Part shown: positions 52,319 to 64,000 of the stretch, one piece after another
Position numbering within the stretch: position 1 is the stretch's first letter
Layout: every line of letters begins with the position of its first letter
Assembly (NCBI GenBank): GCA_964016885.1
Contig: OZ024740.1
Location: forward strand, 394,382,001-394,446,000
Direction of reading: 5' to 3'
DNA length: 64,000 nucleotides
DNA from: Eledone cirrhosa
Lineage: Eukaryota
Translations under genes and position numbers: made by a program
The notes under the pieces: model-generated
What the model was told of the DNA's origin: nothing
Seen by the model: only the letters and a program-made list of their open reading frames with translations
Database searches by the model: none

Positions 52319-55300
52319 CATATATATTATTACTGATCCATACATATATTATTACTGATCCATACATATATTATTACTGATCCACACATATATTATTACT
52401 GATCCATACATATATTATTACTGATCCACACATATATTATTACTGATCCACACATATATTATTACTGATCCAAACATATTTTATTACTGATCCATACATA
52501 TATTATTACTGATCCACACATATATTATTACTGATCCATACATAAATTATTACTGATCCATACATATATTATTACTGATCCATACATATATTATTACTGA
52601 TCCACACATATATTATTACTGATCCATACATATATTATTACTGATCCACACATATATTATTACTGATTCACACATATATTATTACTGATCCACACATATA
52701 TTATTACTGATCCATACATATATTATTACTGATCCACACATATATTATTACTGATCCACACATATATTATTACTGATCCACACATATATTATTACTGATC
52801 CACACATATATTATTACTGATCCATACATATATTATTACTGATGCCTACATATATTATTACTGATCCACACATATTATTACGGATCCATACATATATTAT
52901 TACTGATCCATACATATATTATTACTGATCCTACATATATTATTACTGATCCACACATATTATTACTGATCCACACATATATTATTACTGATCCATACAT
53001 ATATTATTACTGATCCACACATATATTATTACTGATCCACACATATATTATTACTGATCCCTACATATATTATTACTGATCCACACATATATTATTACTG
53101 ATCCACACATATATTATTACTGATCAATACATATATTATTACTGATCCATATATATTTTATTACTGGTCCACACATATATTATTACTGATCTGCACATAT
53201 ATTATTACTGATCCATACATATATTATTACTGATCCACACATATATTATTACTGATCCACACATATATTATTACTGATCCACACATATATTATTGCTGAT
53301 CCACACATATATTATTACTGATCCACACATATATTATTACTGATCCACAAATATATTATTACTGATCCACACATTTATTATTACTGATCCACACATATAT
53401 TATTACTGATCCACACATATATTATTACTGATCCATACATATATTATTACTGATCCATACATATATTATTACTGAGCCACACATATATTATTACTGATTC
53501 ATACATATATTATTACTGATCCATACATATATTATTACTGATCGACACATATATTATTACTGATCCAAACATATATTATTTCTGATGAAGACATATATTA
53601 TTACTGATCCACACATATATTATTACTGATCCATACATATATTATTACTGATCCACATATATATTATTACTGATTCATACATATATTATTACTGATCCAT
53701 ACATATATTATTACTGATCCATACATATATTATTACTGATCCACCATATATTATTACTGATCCACACATATATTATTACTGATCCCTACAAATATTATTG
53801 CTGATCCACACATATATTATTACTGATCCATACTAATATTATTAGTGATCCACACATATATTATTACTGATCCACACATATATTATTACTGATCCACACT
53901 TATATTATTACTGATCCATACATATATTATTACTGATCCATAGATATATTATTACTGATCCACACGTATATTATTACTGATCCACACATATTATTACTGA
54001 TCCACACATATATTATTACTGATCCACACATATATTATTACTGATCCCTACATATATTATTACTGATCCATACATATATTATTACTGATCCATACATATA
54101 TTATTACTGATCCACACATATATTATTACTGATCCACACATAAATTATTACTGGTCCACACATATATTATTACTGATCCATACATATATTATTACTGATC
54201 CATACATATATTATTACTGATCCACACATATATTATTACTTATCCACACATATATTATTACTGATCCACACATATATTATTACTGATCCATACGTATATT
54301 ATTACTGATCCATACATATATTATTACTGATCCATACATTTATTATTACTGATCCACACATATATTATTACTGATCCACACATATATTATTACTGATCCA
54401 CACATTTATTATTACTGATCCACACATATATTATTACTGATCCACACATATATTATTACTGATCCATACATATATTATTACTGATCCATACATATATTAT
54501 TACTGAGCTACACATATATTATTACTGATTCATACATATATTATTACCGATCCATACATATATTATTACTGATCGACACATATATTATTACTGATCCAAA
54601 CATATATTATTTCTGATGAAGACATATATTATTACTGATCCACACATATATTATTACTGATCCATACATATATTATTACTGATCCACATATATATTATTA
54701 CTGATTCATACATATATTATTACTGATCCATACATATATTATTACTGATCCATACATATATTATTACTGATCCACCATATATTATTACTGATCCACACAT
54801 ATATTATTACTGATCCCTACAAATATTATTGCTGATCCACACATATATTATTACTGATCCATACTTATATTATTAGTGATCCACACATATATTATTACTG
54901 ATCCATACATATATTATTACTGATCCATAGATATATTATTACTGATCCACACGTATATTATTACTGATCCACACATATTATTACTGATCCACACATATAT
55001 TATTACTGATCCACACATTTATTATTACTGATCCACACATATATTATTACTGATCCACACATATATTATTACTGATCCATACATATATTATTACTGATCC
55101 ATACATATATTATTACTGAGCCACACATATATTATTACTGATTCATACATATATTATTACTGATCCCTACAAATATTATTACTGATCCACACATATATTA
55201 TTACTGATCCATACTTATATTATTAGTGATCCACACTTATATTATTACTGACCCATACATATATTATTACTGATCCATACATATATTATTACTGATCCAC

Positions 55301-58300
55301 ACATATATTATTACTGATCCACACATATATTATTACTGATCCACACATATATTATTACTGATCCACACATATATTATTACTCATCCCTACATATATTATT
55401 ACTGATCCATACATATATTATTACTGATCCATACATATATTATTACTGATCCACACATATATTATTACTGATCCACACATATATTATTACTGGTCCACAC
55501 ATATATTATTACTGATCCATACATATATTATTACTGATCCATACATTTATTATTAGTGATCCATACATATATTATTACTGATCCACACATATATTATTAC
55601 TGATCCACACATATATTATTACTGATCCACACATTTATTATTACTGATCCACACATATATTATTACTGATCCACACATATATTATTACTGATCCATACAT
55701 ATATTATTACTGATCCATACATATATTATTACTGAGCCACACATATATTATTACTGATTCATACATATATTATTACTGATCCATACATATATTATTACTG
55801 ATCGACACATATATTATTACTGATCCAAACATATATTATTTCTGATGAAGACATATATTATTACTGATCCACACATATATTATTACTGATCCATACATAT
55901 ATTATTACTGATCCACACATATATTATTACTGATCCCTACAAATATTATTGCTGATCCACACATATATTATTACTGATCCATACTTATATTATTAGTGAT
56001 CCACACATATATTATTACTGATCCACACATATATTATTACTGATCCACACTTATATTATTACTGATCCATACATATATTATTACTGATCCACACGTATAT
56101 TAATTCTGATCCACACGTATATTAATTCTGATCCACACATATTATTACTGATCCACACATATATTATTACTGATCCACACATATATTATTACTGATCCCT
56201 ACATATATTATTACTGATCCATACATATATTATTACTGATCCATATATATTTTATTACTGTTCCACACATATATTATTACTGATCTGCACATATATTATT
56301 ACTGATCCATACATATATTATTACTGATCGACACATATATTATTACTGATCCACACATATATTATTATTGATCCATACATATATTATTACTGATTCATAC
56401 ATATATTATTACTGATCCACACATATATTATTACTGATCCACACATATATTATTACTGATCCACACATATATTATTACTGATCCACACATATATTATTAC
56501 TGATCCACACATATATTATTACTGATCCATACATATATTATTACTGATGCCTACATATATTATTACTGATCCACACATATTATTACGGATCCATACATAT
56601 ATTATTACTGATCCATACATATATTATTACTGATCCTACATATATTATTACTGATCCACACATATTATTACTGATCCACACATATATTATTACTGATCCA
56701 TACATATATTATTACTGATCCACACATATATTATTACTGATCCACACATATATTATTACTGATCCCTACATATATTATTACTGATCCACACATATATTAT
56801 TACTGATCCACACATATATTATTACTGATCCATACATATATTATTACTGATCCATATATATTTTATTACTGGTCCACACATATATTATTACTGATCTGCA
56901 CATATATTATTACTGATCCATACATATATTATTACTGATCCACACATATATTATTACTGATCCACACATATATTATTACTGATCCACACATATATTATTG
57001 CTGATCCACACATATATTATTACTGATCCACACATATATTATTACTGATCCACAAATATATTATTACTGATCCACACATTTATTATTACTGATCCACACA
57101 TATATTATTACTGATCCACACATATATTATTACTGATCCATACATATATTATTACTGATCCATACATATATTATTACTGAGCCACACATATATTATTACT
57201 GATTCATACATATATTATTACTGATCCATACATATATTATTACTGATCGACACATATATTATTACTGATCCAAACATATATTATTTCTGATGAAGACATA
57301 TATTATTACTGATCCACACATATATTATTACTGATCCATACATATATTATTACTGATCCACATATATATTATTACTGATTCATACATATATTATTACTGA
57401 TCCATACATATATTATTACTGATCCATACATATATTATTACTGATCCACCATATATTATTACTGATCCACACATATATTATTACTGATCCCTACAAATAT
57501 TATTGCTGATCCACACATATATTATTACTGATCCATACTAATATTATTAGTGATCCACACATATATTATTACTGATCCACACATATATTATTACTGATCC
57601 ACACTTATATTATTACTGATCCATACATATATTATTACTGATCCATAGATATATTATTACTGATCCACACGTATATTATTACTGATCCACACATATTATT
57701 ACTGATCCACACATATATTATTACTGATCCACACATATATTATTACTGATCCCTACATATATTATTACTGATCCATACATATATTATTACTGATCCATAC
57801 ATATATTATTACTGATCCACACATATATTATTACTGATCCACACATAAATTATTACTGGTCCACACATATATTATTACTGATCCATACATATATTATTAC
57901 TGATCCATACATATATTATTACTGATCCACACATATATTATTACTTATCCACACATATATTATTACTGATCCACACATATATTATTACTGATCCATACGT
58001 ATATTATTACTGATCCATACATATATTATTACTGATCCATACATTTATTATTACTGATCCATACATATATTATTACTGATCCACACATATATTATTACTG
58101 ATCCACACATTTATTATTACTGATCCACACATATATTATTACTGATCCACACATATATTATTACTGATCCATACATATATTATTACTGATCCATACATAT
58201 ATTATTACTGAGCTACACATATATTATTACTGATTCATACATATATTATTACCGATCCATACATATATTATTACTGATCGACACATATATTATTACTGAT

Positions 58301-61300
58301 CCAAACATATATTATTTCTGATGAAGACATATATTATTACTGATCCACACATATATTATTACTGATCCATACATATATTATTACTGATCCACATATATAT
58401 TATTACTGATTCATACATATATTATTACTGATCCATACATATTTTATTACTGATCCATACATATATTATTACTGATCCACCATATATTATTACTGATCCA
58501 CACATATATTATTACTGATCCCTACAAATATTATTGCTGATCCACACATATATTATTACTGATCCATACTTATATTATTAGTGATCCACACATATATTAT
58601 TACTGATCCATACATATATTATTACTGATCCATAGATATATTATTACTGATCCACACGTATATTATTACTGATCCACACATATTATTACTGATCCACACA
58701 TATATTATTACTGATCCACACATTTATTATTACTGATCCACACATATATTATTACTGATCCACACATATATTATTACTGATCCATACATATATTATTACT
58801 GATCCATACATATATTATTACTGAGCCACACATATATTATTACTGATTCATACATATATTATTACTGATCCCTACAAATATTATTACTGATCCACACATA
58901 TATTATTACTGATCCATACTTATATTATTAGTGATCCACACTTATATTATTACTGACCCATACATATATTATTACTGATCCATACATATATTATTACTGA
59001 TCCACACATATATTATTACTGATCCACACATATATTATTACTGATCCACACATATATTATTACTGATCCACACATATATTATTACTCATCCCTACATATA
59101 TTATTACTGATCCATACATATATTATTACTGATCCATACATATATTATTACTGATCCACACATATATTATTACTGATCCACACATATATTATTACTGGTC
59201 CACACATATATTATTACTGATCCATACATATATTATTACTGATCCATACATTTATTATTAGTGATCCATACATATATTATTACTGATCCACACATATATT
59301 ATTACTGATCCACACATATATTATTACTGATCCACACATTTATTATTACTGATCCACACATATATTATTACTGATCCACACATATATTATTACTGATCCA
59401 TACATATATTATTACTGATCCATACATATATTATTACTGAGCCACACATATATTATTACTGATTCATACATATATTATTACTGATCCATACATATATTAT
59501 TACTGATCGACACATATATAATTACTGATCCAAACATATATTATTTCTGATGAAGACATATATTATTACTGATCCACACATATATTATTACTGATCCATA
59601 CATATATTATTACTGATCCACACATATATTATTACTGATCCCTACAAATATTATTGCTGATCCACACATATATTATTACTGATCCATACTTATATTATTA
59701 GTGATCCACACATATATTATTACTGATCCACACATATATTATTACTGATCCACACTTATATTATTACTGATCCATACATATATTATTACTGATCCACACG
59801 TATATTAATTCTGATCCACACGTATATTAATTCTGATCCACACATATTATTACTGATCCACACATATATTATTACTGATCCACACATATATTATTACTGA
59901 TCCCTACATATATTATTACTGATCCATACATATATTATTACTGATCCATATATATTTTATTACTGTTCCACACATATATTATTACTGATCTGCACATATA
60001 TTATTACTGATCCATACATATATTATTACTGATCGACACATATATTATTACTGATCCACACATATATTATTATTGATCCATACATATATTATTACTGATT
60101 CATACATATATTATTACTGATCCACACATATATTATTACTGATCCACACATATATTATTACAGATTCATACATATATTATTACTGATCCATATATATTTT
60201 ATTACTGTTACACACATATATTATTACTGATCCAAACATATATTATTACTGATCCACACATATATTATTACTGATCCACACATATATTATTACTGATCCA
60301 CACATATATTATTACTGATCCCTACAAATATTATTACTGATCCACACATATATTATTACTGATCCATACTTATATTATTAGTGATCCACACATATATTAT
60401 TACTGATCCACACATATATTATTACTGATCCACACTTATATTATTACTGATCCATACATATATTATTACTGATCCATACATATATTATTACTGATCCACA
60501 CATATATTATTACTGATCCACACATATATTATTACTGATCCACACATATATTATTACTGATCCACACATATATTATTACTCATCCCTACATATATTATTA
60601 CTGATCCATACATATATTATTACTGATCCATACATATATTATTACTGATCCACACATATATTATTACTGATCCACACATATATTATTACTGGACCACACA
60701 TATATTATTACTGATCCATACATATATTATTACTGATCCATACATATATTATTACTGATCCACAGATATATTATTACTGATCCACACATATATTATTACT
60801 GATCCACACATATATTATTACTGATCCATACGTATATTATTACTGATCCATACGTATATTATTACTGATCCATACATATATTATTACTGATCCATACATT
60901 TATTATTACTGATCCATACATATATTATTACTGATCCATACATATATTATTACTGATCCACACATATATTATTACTGATCCATACATATATTATTACTGA
61001 TCCACACATATATTATTACTGATCCACACATATATTATTACTGATCCAAACATATTTTATTACTGATCCATACATATATTATTACTGATCCACACATATA
61101 TTATTACTGATCCATACATAAATTATTACTGATCCATACATATATTATTACTGATCCATACATATATTATTACTGATCCACACATATATTATTACTGATC
61201 CATACATATATTATTACTGATCCACACATATATTATTACTGATCCACACATATATTATTACTGATCCACACATATATTATTACTGATCCATACATATATT

Positions 61301-64000
61301 ATTACTGATCCACACATATATTATTACTGATCCATACATATATTATTACTGATCCACACATATATTATTACTGATCCACACATATATTATTACTGATCCA
61401 CACATATATTATTACTGATCCACACATATATTATTACTGATCCATACATATATTATTACTGATGCCTACATATATTATTACTGATCCACACATATTATTA
61501 CGGATCCATACATATATTATTACTGATGCATACATCTATTATTACTGATCCCTACATATATTATTACTGATCCACACATATTATTACTGATCCCCACATA
61601 TATTATTACTGATCCATACATATATTATTACTGATCCACAAATATATTATAACTGATCCACACATTTATTATTACTGATCCACACATATATTATTACTGA
61701 TCCACACATATATTATTACTGATCCACACATATATTATTACTGATCCATACATATATTATTACTGATCCATATATATTTTATTACTGGTCCACACATATA
61801 TTATTACTGATCTGCACATATATTATTACTGATCCATACATATATTATTACTGATCCACACATATATTATTACTGATCCACACATATATTATTACTGATC
61901 CACACATATATTATTACTGATCCACACATATATTATTACTGATCCACACATATATTATTACTGATCCACAAATATATTATTACTGATCCACACATTTATT
62001 ATTACTGATCCACACATATATTATTACTGATCCACACATATATTATTACTGATCCATACATATATTATTACTGATCCATACATATATTATTACTGAGCCA
62101 CACATATTATTACTGATTCATACATATATTATTACTGATCCATACATATATTATTACTGATCGACACATATATTATTACTGATCCAAACATATATTATTT
62201 CTGATGAAGACATATATTATTACTGATCCACACATATATTATTACTGATCCATACATATATTATTACTGATCCACATATATATTATTACTGATTCATACA
62301 TATATTATTACTGATCCATACATATATTATTACTGATCCATACATATATTATTACTGATCCACCATATATTATTACTGATCCACACATATATTATTACTG
62401 ATCCCTACAAATATTATTGCTGATCCACACATATATTATTACTGATCCATACTTATATTATTAGTGATCCACACATATATTATTACTGATCCACACATAT
62501 ATTATTTCTGATCCACACTTATATTATTACTGATCCATACATATATTATTACTGATCCATAGATATATTATTACTGATCCACACGTATATTATTACTGAT
62601 ACACACATATTATTACTGATCCACACATATATTATTACTGATCCACACATATATTATTACTGATCCCTACATATATTATTACTGATCCATACATATATTA
62701 TTACTGATCCATATATATTTTATTACTGTTCCACACATATTATTACTGATCTGCACATATATTATTACTGATCCATACATATATTATTACTGATCGACAC
62801 ATATATTATTACTGATCCACACATATATTATTATTGATCCATACATATATTATTACTGATTCATACATATATTATTACTGATCCACACATATATTATTAC
62901 TGATCCACACATATATTATTACAGATTCATACATTTATTATTACTGATCCATATATATTTTATTACTGTTCCACACATATATTATTACTGATCCAAACAT
63001 AATTATTACTGATCCACACTTATATTATTACTGATCCATACATATATTATTACTGATCCATAGATATATTATTACTGATCCACACGTATATTATTACTGA
63101 TCCACACATATTATTACTGATCCACACATATATTATTACTGATCCACACATATATTATTACTAATCCCTACATATATTATTACTGATCCATACATATATT
63201 ATTACTGATCCCTACAAATATTATTGCTGATCCACACATATATTATTACTGATCCATACTTATATTATTAGTGATCCACACATATATTATTACTGATCCA
63301 CACATGTATTATTACTGATCCACACTTATATTATTACTGATCCATACATATATTATTACTGATCCATAGATATATTATTACTGATCCACACGTATATTAT
63401 TACTGATCCACACATATTATTACTGATCCACACATATATTATTACTGATCCACACATATATTATTACTGATCCCTACATATATTATTACTGATCCATACA
63501 TATATTATTACTGATCCATATATATTTTATTACAGTTCCACATATATATTATTACTGATCTGCACATATATTATTACTGATCCATACATATCCTATTACT
63601 GATCGACACATATATTATTACTGATCCACACATATATTATTACTGATCCACACATATATTATTACTGATCCACACATATATTATTACTGATCCACACATA
63701 TATTATTACTGATCCATACGTATATTATTACTGATCCATACATATATTATTACTGATCCACACATATATTATTATTGATCCATACATATATTATTACTGA
63801 TTCATACATATATTATTACTGATCTGCACATATATTATTACTGATCCACACATATATTATTACTGATCCACACATATATTATTACTGATCCACACATATA
63901 TTATTACAGATTCATACATATATTATTACTGATCCATACATATATTATTACTGAGCCACACATATATTATTACTGATTCATACATATATTATTACTGATC
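52293..64000. repeat. 22-bp satellite (ATATATTATTACTGATCCAYAC)n, about 530 copies, runs off the window edge
   Basis: Period 22 seen directly; variant monomers recur with a 3,705-bp higher-order period. Confidence 0.98.

Noticed and set aside
52293-64000. Satellite as a CRISPR array
   Set aside because: Contiguous monomers with no unique spacers, no cas genes and a eukaryotic context.

Overview
Eukaryotic, AT-rich, microsatellite-dense DNA with no host gene I can support. The SINE family and repeat landscape suggest a cephalopod, probably an octopus (inference). The window is a mosaic of retroelements: an apparently intact RTE LINE running off the left edge, two decayed Tx1-like LINEs tail-to-tail, an intact 981-aa CR1-type ORF, a decayed Penelope-like element (PLE; RT plus GIY-YIG), fragments of R4/Dong, CRE and RTE elements, two non-autonomous Helitrons and many tRNA-derived SINEs. 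The last quarter holds an ACC-rich minisatellite and an 11.7 kb, 22-bp satellite with a 3,705-bp higher-order repeat. Two results stand out. (1) About ten complete and several partial type I hammerhead ribozyme (HHR) folds from several unrelated families lie mostly in non-coding fold-back elements inserted in (TA)n, and several fold-back junctions fall inside the ribozyme itself. (2) The 22-bp satellite monomer is contiguous with, and seems amplified from, the coding sequence of an R4/Dong-clade reverse transcriptase. All folds and clade calls were made by eye; coordinates of decayed elements are approximate.
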